A stretch of DNA of 64,000 bases, taken from assembly GCA_964016885.1 (NCBI GenBank), contig OZ024763.1, forward strand, positions 3,348,001 through 3,412,000, written 5' to 3'. The notes under the pieces were generated by a model. The model was given only the letters and a program-made list of their open reading frames with translations, had not been told where the DNA came from and searched no databases. Positions 43,529-59,913 of the stretch are shown here, piece after piece (the stretch's first letter is position 1; each line of letters starts with the position of its first letter). The stretch comes from Eledone cirrhosa (taxonomy: Eukaryota). Both the position numbers and the translations under genes were made by a program.

Positions 43529-43928
43529 AGACATACACACACAGGCATACACACATATATACCCACACATACACATACATACACACACAGAGACATACTC
43601 ATACACATGCAGACAGGCGCACACACACACATACACACACACACACACACATATATATATACACATACAGACAGACACACACAGACATGCTCACATATAC
43701 AGGCACACATATATACACATACACACATATATATACACACACACAGACATACACACACACCGACATACTGATACACACACACACATACACAAAGACACAC
43801 ACACACACATACATACAGACACATACAGATATACACATACACACATACTCAGACACACACACACAAACACACACATAGACACACTATCTCTCCCCTTTCT
43901 CTCTCCTATCTACATTTTCTCTATCTTC

Positions 43929-43975
<47 letters not shown>

Positions 43976-44396
43976 CTCTTTCCTTTTCTCCACTTCCCCC
44001 ATTCTCACCCTCTCTTTTCCCCTCTCCTCTTTACTCTCTCCCCCTCTCCTTTTCTTTCTCTCAAGATATTTGATAACAGATTATAGAATTATCTCCCTTG
44101 GTGATCAACTGCACCGCTTCTGGTGAACTTGTCACGTTAACATGGCGGCCATGTCGTCGTGGTTACATATATAGGCTTGGATAGGCAGGAAAACGTCACT
44201 CTGTTCATAGTGACCCAAGATTAAATGACCCCCACTACCCCCACCATGTGTATATATATAACTAAGTATTACGTATGTATGTATGGATGTATGGATGTAT
44301 GGATGGATTTATGTATGTATATATATATATATATATATACATACATAAATCCATCCATCCATCCATACCTCCATACATACATACGTAATACTTAGT

Positions 44397-44491
<95 letters not shown>

Positions 44492-44528
44492 GTATATATA
44501 TATATACATGTATATATATACATATATA

Positions 44529-44595
<67 letters not shown>

Positions 44596-45519
44596 ATATT
44601 TGTACTGCCTCTCTGTTTTTGTTCCTGTCTAAGATTTAATTATATATATATATGTGTGTGTGTGTGTGTCTGTGTGTGTGTGTGTATGCACATATATACA
44701 TACACTGATATACATATATACATACACACATACATATATACATGGTGGCTGCCAACTCGTTTTCGAGTACGGCCACTACTTTATATCCATATAGGAGAAC
44801 CCCTACCGATGCACTGAACGAGTGTGACCTTTTAGTCCAGCCAGCGACTTGAAAACTCTGGTACAAACACTACACTTGTGACAAATATTGACACATAGTG
44901 CTGGGGCCATGGTACCCTGTGACGACAAGTGCAGAGAGATCTCCAGATATAAAGCAATGCCTGTGCCGTGAAGCTTTTATAGTGAGCAAAGGCACTGCAC
45001 AAAGCCAGTCCCACTCTCTTAACCAAGATGATATTTACCAAATAGAAGAACAAGTCAACATCATTGGATACCATCAGAGTTGCAGGTGTTATATCAGAGT
45101 TTTCCTTCTCCTAGAATTCTGCCTTGACAAAGGCTAAGGGGTCATCTCTCCCGGTGATTTTGGATGGCCATTGACTCTTAAGAGCTCCTTTGCCCTTTGA
45201 CAGGTCTTGTTTTTAGTCCTGCAGGATGTCCAAAGTCACCCTCCTCACCAAGAAACCTTGGTGGGGTTGCCAGTTTAGTCGCCAACGACCCGACCATGGG
45301 ACAGGTTGTACTGGGATACATGTTACCAGTAGCACCAACTGGTGACCTGACATATATACATACATATATAGATTCATACATACACACATTGATCGCCTCG
45401 CCAGTGGAATCCACGATGGTAAAATATCTGTATATTTCAGATCTCTCAATTTCAAAGGAAAACAAACTGTAACTGATGGTAAGATGATAGGTGGGGAGTG
45501 GTGGTGGTGGTGGTGGGGT

Positions 45520-45602
<83 letters not shown>

Positions 45603-46230
45603 GGGGAGTGGTGGTGGTGGGGAGAGGGATAGATAGATAGATGGAGATATAGCTGGATAGTGGTGGTGGTGGTGGGGAGAGGGGGAGAGGGAGAGAGAGA
45701 GAGAGGCGAGAGAGAATGGGGAGACAGGGAGAGAGAAAGCTGGGAGTGTTGGTGAAGAGTAAACATCGTATCCTTGGCCCTATGACCACCTCCGTTACTC
45801 ACCACCATCAACAAAAAGTTGCCTACATGCAGCTGTGAGCCTCACAAGCTGGAATGGCTGCTCTTCCAGCAGGTCTACCTCACCCTTCTCTATTCTGTCG
45901 ACCGGGGCCGTGGGGGTGGCCAGCACGTGTTACCCTATTTGCCTTATAATAGTGAGAGATGGGGAGAGCGAGAGACACGAAGGCAGTGACAGTGGGAGTT
46001 TGGTTCCTTTGTGTTCGGACCTGGTCTGTATATATATATATATATATAGTGTGTGTATGTGTGTGTATGTATATACACACACACACACACATACACACAC
46101 ACGCAAACAAACACTCTCTCACACACACACCCATGCACACACACACACACACACATACACACACATATATATATCGTCATAAAGTCTCTATCTCTCCACT
46201 ATATTTACTTCCCACCAACCCAACCCAACT

Positions 46231-46266
<36 letters not shown>

Positions 46267-46329
46267 ATATATATATATATAGACAGAGAGAGAGTGAGAG
46301 AGAGAGAGAGTGTGTGTGTGTGTGTTATT

Positions 46330-46530
46330 ACCAGAGTTGTATTAGAGTTAATACAACATGGCTACATATAGAGACGATTTGTATAAAAGAGATCGTTTTT
46401 ATAAAAATGTCCGCCGAGATGAGAAACGGAAGTAGGCGAACTAATCGATCTAATATTGTTACTGGATGATACTTAAGATCAAAATCAAACTCTAGATAAT
46501 TGGTATCGATCAGCAACTCTGTAGAATCCA
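46330..46530 (-). mobile_element. Possible highly degenerate PLE reverse transcriptase fragment
   Basis: TELLIDTNYLEFD..KY...ADIFIK loosely resembles PLE RT (NYFEFD..Y.Q...A.IFM); weak. Confidence 0.3.
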
Positions 46531-46685
46531 TCAAACAATAATAATGCTCTTCTCATATTTTGATCGTATCAAGTAAATTATCGAATTTGTTCTTATATTT
46601 TTATTATTAGTATTATTATTTTTATCATTATTTTTTCGTTGTCTTTTGTTTTTTTTAGATATGTCGGCTACACTAAATATTTATG

Positions 46686-46780
<95 letters not shown>

Positions 46781-46816
46781 ATATATATATACATAATAAA
46801 TTATATATATATACAT

Positions 46817-46928
<112 letters not shown>

Positions 46929-47577
46929 GAATAATCGAGAATCGGAATATCAGCCCACGAAATCACGATAAACAATATCCGATATATGTGGCAGAGGGTT
47001 CAATAATTTGGAAAAATCAGAGCTATAACTATCGTTAAAATACCAACACATAGAGATCATGCCTAAAATCACCCGTGCAGCCGAAAAAGAATGACCAGGA
47101 AGATTCGGGTCACTCAAATAAAATATCAATAAATTAATAAATTAAATGAATGTAAAAATATATATATATATATAATGTATATATATATTATATATATATA
47201 ATGTATGTATCTAAATACGCACACATTTATGTGTATGTATATATACAAACACACACACACGTATATATATATACATATAAGTATATATATATATATTCAT
47301 TTATGTATATATATATGCATACATATACATATATATATATATTCATTTTTGTATATATATGTATATATATATATATACATACTTATATATATACATACAT
47401 TTATGTGTATATATATATATATATATTATAGTCAGATAATAATGTTCTTGATTTTTGTATATTCTGCGGTATAACCTGTTTATTCCTGTGCAAGATTCAA
47501 TTTCGGCAAGTCCCGGTTCCATTCAACCGTACATCACAGAAGACTCCGATTATGTGACTGTTAATGGTGTAAATGGC

Positions 47578-47810
47578 ATTAGCTGTCTTTTCAAAGGGGG
47601 TAACCTAATCTTTCAGGTCGAGTCCAAATATTTCCATGCTTCTGTCGGCGTGGAAGAGATTTTCTTTGAAATTTTAAAGGAAAACTTTCGACTGGTGTCG
47701 GCAGGTTGAAACCAGTTCAGTTCTGTGCTTTTTATGCTTGGAATAAAAGGTGGAATGTACAATGGGCAATGTTGTGCAGTTTCTGTGTATGGTGAAGATC
47801 GTAAAAGGAT
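47578..47810 (-). mobile_element. Penelope-like ORF C-terminus plus start of pLTR, degenerate
   Basis: Frames read ..RSSPYTETAQHCPL.. and ..RTELVSTCRHQSKVFL* (stop 47674-47676), resembling the PY..CxLC..E..CRH tail of PLE endonucleases. About 70 nt downstream is ccccct-TTGAAAA-gacagctaat, a hammerhead 5' half. Confidence 0.6.
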
Positions 47811-47812
47811 CG

Positions 47813-47909
<97 letters not shown>

Positions 47910-48297
47910 TTATCTATCTATCTATCTCCTCCTCCCTCTCTATATATAACCACTTTGCTGGTTTGAGACCTGATGAGGTTGAAGATATGTGTGTGTAAAC
48001 TTGTCTTCTACATTTTACCCGTATATTCTTTTTCCTAAACAATCAGCACGAAAAAATAAAGTACTAGTAACACACTGGGATCGATTTAATCAACTTTTCT
48101 CCCCTCCCTCAAATTAATGGCTTGTACCTAAATCAGAGTCCATCCAGAGTTCAAACCTCACTGAGGTTAACTTTGCCTTTCATCCTTGCAGGGTAGATAA
48201 AATAAAGTAACAGTAATGTACTGGGGTCAATTTAATAGACCCCCTCCTAATTGCTGGCCTTGTGCCTATATCAGAAACCATTATTATTCAAGGTTAG

Positions 48298-48490
48298 CGG
48301 GCGATGGATTGGCAGTATCGTTAGAGAGTCAGACGCCATGCTTTGCAGCATAGAGTTATATCCCTTTATGATCTGAGTTCAAATATCGCCGAGGTTAACT
48401 TTTCCCTTCATCCTTACGGGGGTCGATAAAATAAAGTACCTGTAATGAACTGGGGTAATTGCTGGCCTTGTGCCAAAAGTAGAAACAATT
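48298..48490 (+). mobile_element. tRNA-derived SINE, full-length
   Basis: Same head, core and tail as 1075-1262. Confidence 0.85.
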
Positions 48491-49420
48491 ATATTATTAT
48501 ATTTTATAAAATAAAGTACCAGTAATATACTGCGGTATTCCCCTGACCTTCACCTTTGGCTTCGGGACATTCCTTTCAGCCACATCCTGGTAATTGCTTC
48601 AGTTGACAGGGGCTAAACTTAGTATCTGACTGGTCAGTTAGAGAGGAGATAGCCTCAGCCATGGGTAAACTTAGTCAAACTGGACATTTCGAGAGGAGAT
48701 AGCCTCTTCCAAGTCTAACCTTAGTCAAACTGGACACATGGATAGAAAATAGCCTCTGCCAAGGGTTAAACTTAGTCAAACTGGACACTTGGAAAGGAGA
48801 TGACCACTACCAAAGCTAAACTTAGTGAAGGACTGAACACATAGACAGGAGATAGTCACTGCCAAGAATTTCTATGACCCAATGAAATACCATGACAGAC
48901 ACACAGTACACACAGTCTAAAAATAAAATGGTGTGAAAATATGAAATAATTCTAACAAGGCTTGAGGCAGAGTTTAATAATGACATCTCTGAGATCATCG
49001 GGGTGGAAGGGAACATGGGTAGGAGCAAAATAAACACCACCCTTCTCCTAATGACATATTCGTATGTGTGTCTGTGTGTGTTAGATACACATTGAATAAC
49101 TGTGACTTCCTGTTTAGGTTTATTGCTGCTGTTGTTGTTGTTGGTCTTGGTGGTGGTGGTGGTGGTGGGGGTGGTGGTGGTGTTGTTGTTAGTCTTGGTG
49201 GTAGTGTTGGGGGTGGCCTCGTAATACTGACTAACACTAAGGACCATTGATATCCGAAGATGAACTGCTGCCATTCTTGTTGTTATCTCCTGCGAGAAAT
49301 CTGCCGGCAACACATGCAGGCTCACTGATAGTGACATGTAAAGACAGGGGACGCTGTTGTCTCTGGACATAAAATAAATATAAAATAAAGAGGGCGCTGT
49401 TGTTTGTGGACATGAAATAA

Positions 49421-49486
<66 letters not shown>

Positions 49487-49625
49487 ATATGTATATATGA
49501 TGATGATACAGAAATATATATATATATATAATTATATATGTATGTAAAAGGTAATATATACATACATAAATATATGTATAGATATTTATACATAAATATG
49601 TATATATATATATACATATATATAC

Positions 49626-49716
<91 letters not shown>

Positions 49717-50133
49717 TATACATATATAAAGAGGGTGCTGTTGAGGACATTACATGCAAATATGAAGACAGGGGGCGCTGTTGTTTGTGGACATGGGCTA
49801 TAAATAGATGTGAAAGCAATGGTGGTTGTTAGCATTATCTGATATATGACAGAGTTATGTCATTGAAGGGATCATGATGGTGGTGGTGTGGTGGTGGTGG
49901 TGGCGGTGGCAGTGGTATTAGTGGTGGTGGTGGTGGTGGTGGTGTATAATGTAACTCTGTCTGTGTGTTTTCATATTCTGCACTCCCACCATCAACCAAA
50001 ATCACCAAAATCACCTCTAGCACTACCACCACCATCACCGCCATCACTACCACCACCACCACCATCAACACCACCTCCATCAGCAGCATCAACTCCATCA
50101 CCACCACTACCACCATCAACCCACCCCCACCAC

Positions 50134-50164
<31 letters not shown>

Positions 50165-51217
50165 ACCACCATCACCACCACCACCACCACCATCACCACC
50201 ACTACTACCACCATCACCACCACTACCACCACCATCACCTCCATCAACTACCACCACCACCATCAACACCACCTCCATCAACAGCATCAACTCCATCACC
50301 ACCACTACCACCATCAACCCACCCCCACCACCTCCACTACCTCCACCAACACCATCACCAACAACAACAATAATAATAATAACAACAACAACAATAATAC
50401 TAATCCTGATAATAATTGTTTCTACTTTTGGCACAAAGCCAGCAATACCCAGTACATTACTGGTACTTTATTTTATCGACCCCGTATTGATGAAAGGCAA
50501 AGTGATAATAACAATACTAAACCTGTCTCCTCTAATTAAAGAGCTTCGCCGACTTAATGCAGCCTGGCTGGTTTAACATAGAAAGTGGATCTTAAAGGAG
50601 GAAATATGTTTATCTCTTGAAAAAGACAGCATATTTATTTACAAGTAATTCGAGAAATTTGTTTGTCTTCTGTCGTAAGAAGAAGCTGAAGGCAAGAGAA
50701 GCTTGGTAAAACTTGGAGAAGATTGGGTTTGGTTTCTACTCAAAATGGCCGACATTTGTGGACAGCGAGCCTCATTATGGGATTGGAAGAGAGCAACAGG
50801 GAGAGGACAGTTTTTAAATGAGGACCTGGTCTCATTGTTGTTGTTCTTGTTGTTGTTGTTACTGAGATGGAGGGGGTGATAGGAGAAGGTGGGAGAAGGG
50901 GAGGGGGAAGAGGGAGAGGATGGGGAAGATGAGAAGAAGAAGAAGAGGAGAGATAGAGAAGAAGCAGATAAAAGTCATCTAAAGGCATTTTTTCCAATTG
51001 CACCCTGCTCGTCCGCTCAATCTATCTTATTTCTCATTCTTTCTTCTGATGAAACGTTAAGACCCTCTTCCCGCTATATCAAGTGTTAACCTAATATATC
51101 CCTTCCATATACTGTACCGATTGTGTTGTTATTTCTGTTTACCTTTTACATACATATATATATATATATCTTCAAATTTATTATTATTACTATATATATA
51201 TATATATATATATATAT

Positions 51218-51460
51218 CTAAAGCGGGTAAAATTCCCGAGATCCATGGACGAGCTCTCTCCAGCGGTCTCTGTCCCTCATTATCGCCGCCATGTCCTGCG
51301 TCTCCAACAGACCAGTGTCAGTCCTTAGGGCATCAACATACGTTAACCTTGGTCTAGTGTGTCCATGTAGGGGCTCCCAAAGGAGCACTGAGTGCAATGT
51401 CAACTCTGGATGTCGGTGAGCATGTCCAGCTTTGGGAGCAAAGATTGGGAATACGGAAGA
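51218..51460 (-). mobile_element. RTE LINE 3' fragment (same family as 4157-4345)
   Basis: ..AGHAHRHPEL..VLLWEPLHGH..RPRLTYVD.. Confidence 0.8.
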
Positions 51461-51525
<65 letters not shown>

Positions 51526-51528
<3 letters not shown>

Positions 51529-51719
51529 CGAAGGAAATGTGGTAAGGAACCAGGTGGACCATAACGCACCAAAGTACTCAATACTTGGGGTAGTAGAGTG
51601 GGTAATAGGAACCAGTAAGACCCCGACGGCTGAGCTCAAGCCGTTTCGACGGCTAATTCAGTCCAGAATTAGCCGTCGAAACGGCTTGAGCTCAGCCGTC
51701 GGGGTCTTACTGGTTCCTA
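51526..51719 (-). mobile_element. Family M element with fold-back, about 85 bp upstream of globin exon 2
   Basis: Near-identical to 8886-9083; centre near 51660; (TA)n flanks. Confidence 0.85.
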
Positions 51720-51803
51720 TATATATATATATATATATTAATACAATTAAAATTTATATCTATATCGTTTTTTATCATTTTGTTTTTTTGTTGTTTATTT
51801 CAG

Positions 51804-52029
51804 ATTGTTTGATTCCCATCCAGATGTCCAGAACACTTTTTTACCATTTCGAGGTTTGAGTAACAAAGATATGGAGAGCAGTGCCATATTGCGTGCCCAT
51901 GCCCTTCGTGTCATGGCTACTGTAGAAAAGTGTATTACCCGCCTTGATAGAATTGATAAAAGTACCGTCATTCTGAAGCACTTGGGCCAAAGACATATTG
52001 ACTACCAAGTCAAACCAAAATATATATCG
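51804..52029 (+). CDS. GbX: Globin X-like, coding exon 2 of 3
   Basis: Acceptor tttatttcag|A completes AGA (Arg70). LFDSHPDVQNTFLPF...LRAHALRVMATVEKCITRLD...LGQRHIDYQVKPKYIS contains Pro C2, Phe CD1 (F82), distal His E7 (H102) and proximal His F8 (H134). Donor TCG|GTAAGA, phase 0 (G7.0 intron). Confidence 0.95.
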
Positions 52030-52249
52030 GTAAGACTAACAGACAGAGAGACAGAGAGACAGACAGACAGACAGACAGACACTACTTTTAATTAATTCCT
52101 GCTTTATATCTCATCTTTCACACTGGTTTATATCTCACAGCTACCTTACTCTCACTTTCTCTCCCGCTCTCTCTGGTAACATATCTCTCTCACTCTATCT
52201 CTCTGTATATTTATATATATATATATATACATATATATGTGTGTATGTC

Positions 52250-52458
<209 letters not shown>

Positions 52459-52472
52459 TATATATATATACA

Positions 52473-52575
<103 letters not shown>

Positions 52576-52580
52576 GTGTT

Positions 52581-52673
<93 letters not shown>

Positions 52674-52789
52674 TACATATGTATGAATATATGTATATAT
52701 ATTTGTTTGTATGTATATGCAAATATAGATGTATATATATATATATGCATATATATGTATATATATATTTATGTATATACATATATATG

Positions 52790-52873
<84 letters not shown>

Positions 52874-53140
52874 GAGGTATATATACACAGACACACCAAG
52901 AACCAAGCATATATTTAGATCCATATTACATTTTTTCCTGAAATACTTCAATAAATTTCTATTACTCTTTAACAAACAATAATCAATATTAACCAAAAAC
53001 CAATAACCAATAAAATTCAATTTTTCCTATTTCAGTGATCGATCATCTATTTTTTTTTTTTTTAGTAATCAATCACTAATTAATATTTGCCCTTTTTTTT
53101 TGCCCCTTTTAAAAAAAGTTTTTTTTTTTAATTTCCGCAG

Positions 53141-53290
53141 TTGATGGGACCCCAATTTATGATTGCAATAAAACCACATTTGGAATCACAATGGTCGGAA
53201 GAAATGGAAGAAGCTTGGACTCACCTCTTTAGGATCATATCTTACCACATGAAGAAAGGGCTAAGGCCTTGTACAGAAGGAAATGTTTAG
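53141..53290 (+). CDS. GbX: Globin X-like, coding exon 3 of 3
   Basis: Polypyrimidine tract plus ttccgcag| acceptor; LMGPQFMIAIKPHLESQWSEEMEEAWTHLFRIISYHMKKGLRPCTEGNV* gives the G and H helices with EAW (Trp H8). Not in the ORF track (<60 aa). Spliced CDS 209+226+150=585 nt, 194 aa. Confidence 0.93.
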   Translation: MMGPQFMIAIKPHLESQWSEEMEEAWTHLFRIISYHMKKGLRPCTEGNV

Positions 53291-53455
53291 CTCAACAGAT
53301 ACACAGAGAGTGAGAAAGACATGATCCAAAGAGATTTAGCAAAGTTTTCAACACAAACCTCTTTGCCTCCAAGTTACACATCACTTTCCCATCACAATAT
53401 ATATATATATATATTTATTTATATATATATATATGTGTATATATGTATATATATA

Positions 53456-53577
<122 letters not shown>

Positions 53578-53592
53578 ATAAAAGTATATGTA

Positions 53593-53641
<49 letters not shown>

Positions 53642-53745
53642 TATATGTAGTATATATATAGAGAGACATTGAATAAACAGCACCACAGTTGGGGAACCTG
53701 AAACATGACTTCACACACACAAACATATGTATACATATTATATAT

Positions 53746-53801
<56 letters not shown>

Positions 53802-53897
53802 TATACAATACCTACCACAGTCTTCTGTGCACAAATTTAAGATCAAATCAGCAACAAGCCGACTGATAAAACTGCAGCTATTAACTTCCTTTACTTT

Positions 53898-53942
<45 letters not shown>

Positions 53943-53979
53943 TACATACATATATATATATATATATACACACACTCAC

Positions 53980-54030
<51 letters not shown>

Positions 54031-54352
54031 TAGATATAGATATAGATGCATACACACATATATGTATGTATATATATAAATATATATATATATTATATAT
54101 GTATGTATATATTTATAGATATAATATATATATGTATATATATATCCATTGCCAGCCGACTACAATAATAATTAAGCATCACTGAGTTGGTCCACCTCCC
54201 ACTTTACTTGCCTGACTACACGTGACTGTGGACTGCTCAGACACTTGTAACGTTTGATGAATGAGAGGCCCATCACACATATATATATCTATGTATATAT
54301 ATATATGTATATATATATATCTATGTGTATATATATATATATATGTATATAC

Positions 54353-54385
<33 letters not shown>

Positions 54386-54429
54386 TATATGTGTATATGT
54401 ATAATGTATATATATATATATTATATATA

Positions 54430-54584
<155 letters not shown>

Positions 54585-54920
54585 GAATGAAAACCCAAAA
54601 TTTGAGATACAAAAAAATAAAGTAAAATAAATGTGTAGCAAACAGTAAAATTGCCAGTACCCAGTAAGCATGAGATAATGAGTTCAATTCTGGGCTTTCA
54701 TTTGCTGCTGTCTTTGTATTTTATATTACTTTTATTATTATTATTATTACAGTTGCATTTATCTTGCTTTATGTTCATACGAGTTATCACCAAGTCAACC
54801 AGTGACCTCAAGAGACAACAAGGTCCGCCATGTTCAAGAAAGAACATACATATTCACACATGCATCTTTAGTGTTTAGACTTGTGATGTACTTATATTGA
54901 CAGAATCTTCCTTAGTATAT

Positions 54921-55150
54921 GGCATTGATGTTATTTAACTGGAAAGTTTGTTAAAATGAATATCAAGTTGCTACCTGCAGCCTCAGATATTCAGGACGTT
55001 TCACAGAGTTCTTACTGTTCCCAGCAAGCATGCCTTTTGAAGTGTTCCAAAAAACGGGGCTGGACTACTCTTCTTTAACCATCCATGGAAACTCCTTGAG
55101 ATAGTACCTAGTGCTCCTATGACAAATTGGGACGACCTTGATCTCATGAC
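54921..55150 (-). mobile_element. Second R4/Dong-like 3' fragment
   Basis: Reverse complement matches 28445-28665; flanked by a ~165-bp direct duplication (54755-54915 / 55185-55354). Confidence 0.8.
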
Positions 55151-55369
55151 AGTCCCAAATCGTTTTATTATTGTTATTATTATTTCATTTATCTTGCTTT
55201 ATGTTCAAACGAGTTATCACCAAGTCACAACCAGTGACCTCAAGAGACAACAATGTCCGCCATGTTCAAGAAAGAACACACATACACATACACACACATG
55301 CATCTTTAGGTGTTTAGACTTGTGATGTACTTATATTGACAGAAACTTCCTTAGGATATGGGCAGTTCC

Positions 55370-55558
55370 CGGTGGAGTGGCAGTATTGGTAGAGGGTCTG
55401 ACGCCAAGCTTAGCAGCAAAGAGTCATGGCCATTTATGGTCTGAGTTCAAATCCCGCCGAGGTTAACTGTGCCTTTCATCCTTACAGGATCGATAAAATA
55501 AAGTACCAGTAATGCACTGGTTAATTGCTGGCCTTGTGCCTAAAGTAGAAACAATTAT
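55370..55558 (+). mobile_element. tRNA-derived SINE, full-length
   Basis: Same head, core and tail as 1075-1262, followed by (ATT)n. Confidence 0.85.
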
Positions 55559-55847
55559 TATTATTATTATTTTTTTATTTTTTATTTTAATATCTGAAAT
55601 GGTTTTGTTTGATAGATTTTATAAATATTCATTGTTGAATAATGATTTATTGATATTGATATATTATTGATACGTTATTGATACGTTATAGATTTTATGT
55701 ATCAATATTTGACACACACATTCTGGCACATAAACACACACACACACACATACAGAAACAGACTCATACAGACACTGAGCCAGTCTGACACTGACACACA
55801 TGTACACAAGTTATCTTTTCAGTTGGTGATTATGATAATACAGAATG

Positions 55848-55920
<73 letters not shown>

Positions 55921-56315
55921 ACTAGAAATTGATTAACATATAAATAAACATGAATAATCACAGGAGATAATTTTTACAAGTGTGTAAGCACACATAGCTA
56001 GGTAGGTAACTAAATAAAGTTAACCAGAACTTCAAAAATAGATACCTTATAATATGATTAATCTTCCCTGTATATATTCCATTAAAGAAATATATTTCAC
56101 CAATTAATCGAATGGTAAACCATGGAGGCCGGTACTTGGATTTTCAACAAGGAAGAAGTCCAGCGATCTATGTTTACACTTCAAGTTCAAATCAGCGACT
56201 GGCCAGCAACACGTGCTGTATCTACTAGAAATACACACATCATACCAGCTTCTTTATGGCATGACACCCATAATTTTGATTATCTTAATTTTGGATATAT
56301 ATAAATATATAAATG

Positions 56316-56473
<158 letters not shown>

Positions 56474-56637
56474 GTTGCCAGGGAACGTCTTCACGAACCA
56501 AAATATCGTCTTCCTGTTTTCCTTTGATTGCAACGTTTTTCAAAATATTTACTTCTGCGTTCACAGATTGATTTTTTTAGTTTCAGCAGATCCCGTTAAG
56601 GGTGAAAGCAGCAATTCTTTGCTTAAACTTTAATCTA

Positions 56638-56768
<131 letters not shown>

Positions 56769-56867
56769 ATATATGGATTTATATATATATATATATACAT
56801 ATATATATTTATGTACATATACATATTTATATATATCTACATATATTTATATATATCTATAAAAATT

Positions 56868-56997
<130 letters not shown>

Positions 56998-57035
56998 TAT
57001 ATATATATATATACATATAAATATATATATATATT

Positions 57036-57081
<46 letters not shown>

Positions 57082-57109
57082 TATACATATATATGTATGG
57101 ATGTATATA

Positions 57110-57141
<32 letters not shown>

Positions 57142-57203
57142 CATACATATATATGTATGTATATATATATATGTATATATATATATATACACAGATATGT
57201 ATA

Positions 57204-57271
<68 letters not shown>

Positions 57272-57305
57272 TATATATATATACATATAAATATATATAT
57301 ATATT

Positions 57306-57353
<48 letters not shown>

Positions 57354-57381
57354 TATACATATATATGTATGGATGTATATA

Positions 57382-57433
<52 letters not shown>

Positions 57434-57491
57434 CATATATATGTATGTATATATATATATGTATATATATATATATACACAGATATGTATA

Positions 57492-57564
<73 letters not shown>

Positions 57565-57569
57565 GTATA

Positions 57570-57745
<176 letters not shown>

Positions 57746-58146
57746 CACACATAGATAGATAATATCAAACAACAGATGATCTGCCGTCCACTTAAGTCCA
57801 ACTTTATATTCCGACTTTCAAATGCTCCTTAGGCTGTCTCCAAGATCTGAACCTGGGACAACAGTATCGTGTTGACCGGCTCAAGTTTGGGGCACTGGAC
57901 ACTCCAAACTTGTGTAGTGTTGACAGAACCAATAGGAAGGGATACAGGTGAGGGTGGAGGGGATTCTCAGCCCTTTCTAATTTCTCCCCCTATCATCCCT
58001 CTCCTCCCTCCGCGACACTGAAGGACGATAAAGTGTGACGCTCCACTCCACTCGAAAACCTTCACCCTCACTCCTGGTTATCTACGTTAGAGTCTCATGG
58101 AGCACAACTCTCAAAAAAGGGGCAATGTGGTGGTGGCAGGCAGAGG

Positions 58147-58352
58147 TATGGTAATGAAAGGGTTAATGACATAGACAGTGTCTTTCATTAGAAATATGGT
58201 AATGAAAGGGTTAATGACATAGACAGTGTCTTTCATTAGAAATATCGTAATGAAAGGGTTAATGACATAGACAGTGTCTTTCATTAGAAATATCGTAATG
58301 AAAGGGTTAATGACATAGACAGTGTCTTTCATTAGAAATATCGTAATGAAAG
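58147..58352. repeat. 48-bp tandem repeat, ~4 copies
   Basis: gtaatgaaagggttaatgacatagacagtgtctttcattagaaatat repeated. Confidence 0.95.
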
Positions 58353-58385
58353 GCTTAAAACTGCATGGTTACAATACAAGATTGA

Positions 58386-58443
<58 letters not shown>

Positions 58444-58745
58444 GATGAAAGAGTAACAGTGGAGATTAAAGAAAAGAGGTAAACGGAGAGAGAGAGAAGG
58501 AGAGAGAGAGTGAAAGAGGGAGAGAGAGAAAGAGAGAGAAGCAGAGCGAGAGAGGGAGAGAGAGATAGAGTAAAAGTGCACAGGTTAAACAGTTTACAGG
58601 AAGGATGAAGGCAAAACTGTAACGTTGTCGCCATTTTGATTGATTAAAGAGTAGGTGTCCGGGAGGGGAGATTAGCTTACAATGGTAGTCTGAGATATCA
58701 AGGAAGCCTTATTAATTGCACTCTGTTATATTGATGAATAATTAC

Positions 58746-58890
<145 letters not shown>

Positions 58891-58931
58891 GCATATATAT
58901 ATATATTTATTATTACACATGTTTATGTATG

Positions 58932-59024
<93 letters not shown>

Positions 59025-59185
59025 GCATTGATATGTATATATTATTACACAACGTTAAGCATGTATATATATATATATATATAGATAAATATATAGATAT
59101 ATTTGTGTGTATATATATATATATATGTATGTATATACATTCATACATATTTATTATTACACAACTTCATGTATAGATGTATATA

Positions 59186-59381
<196 letters not shown>

Positions 59382-59484
59382 ACAAGCGCATGAAAACATC
59401 AGTACAAGATTTTCTATATCTATATATATGTATGTATAAATAAATATATATATATACATACGTACATACATACATATACATATA

Positions 59485-59515
<31 letters not shown>

Positions 59516-59913
59516 TTATATATACATACATACACACTGACATATATATATATATATATACATATATTTATATATACATACATACACACTGACATATATA
59601 TATATATATATATATAAACATGTTTATTGATTTGGGAGATCAATTTTATGACAATATTGATGAGAAGATTTAATGCTCAATATATTTATATGATCAACAA
59701 CAATGAAGAGCAAATATATCCAAACTACAACTCCATGTTGTAAATCTCCAATAATTGTACGAATGGAACTTCAAAGAATAAGATTAGTAAATACTAAACC
59801 AAGGATATCGGTAGAATTGTGCCATTTTATTAGTTTTACACAGGTTTCAACAATAGCAGAGATGCATAGGAGATGTCCCTTTTATCAAATTTGAGGGGTC
59901 TTTAAGCCTTTAC

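Noticed and set aside
45265-45352. Possible HDV-like or twister ribozyme at the 5' end of the RTE-like repeat (minus strand)
   Set aside because: P2- and P4-like pairings and CTAA are present, but I could not build P1/P3 of the nested double pseudoknot or the twister consensus. An Infernal/RNArobo search would be decisive.
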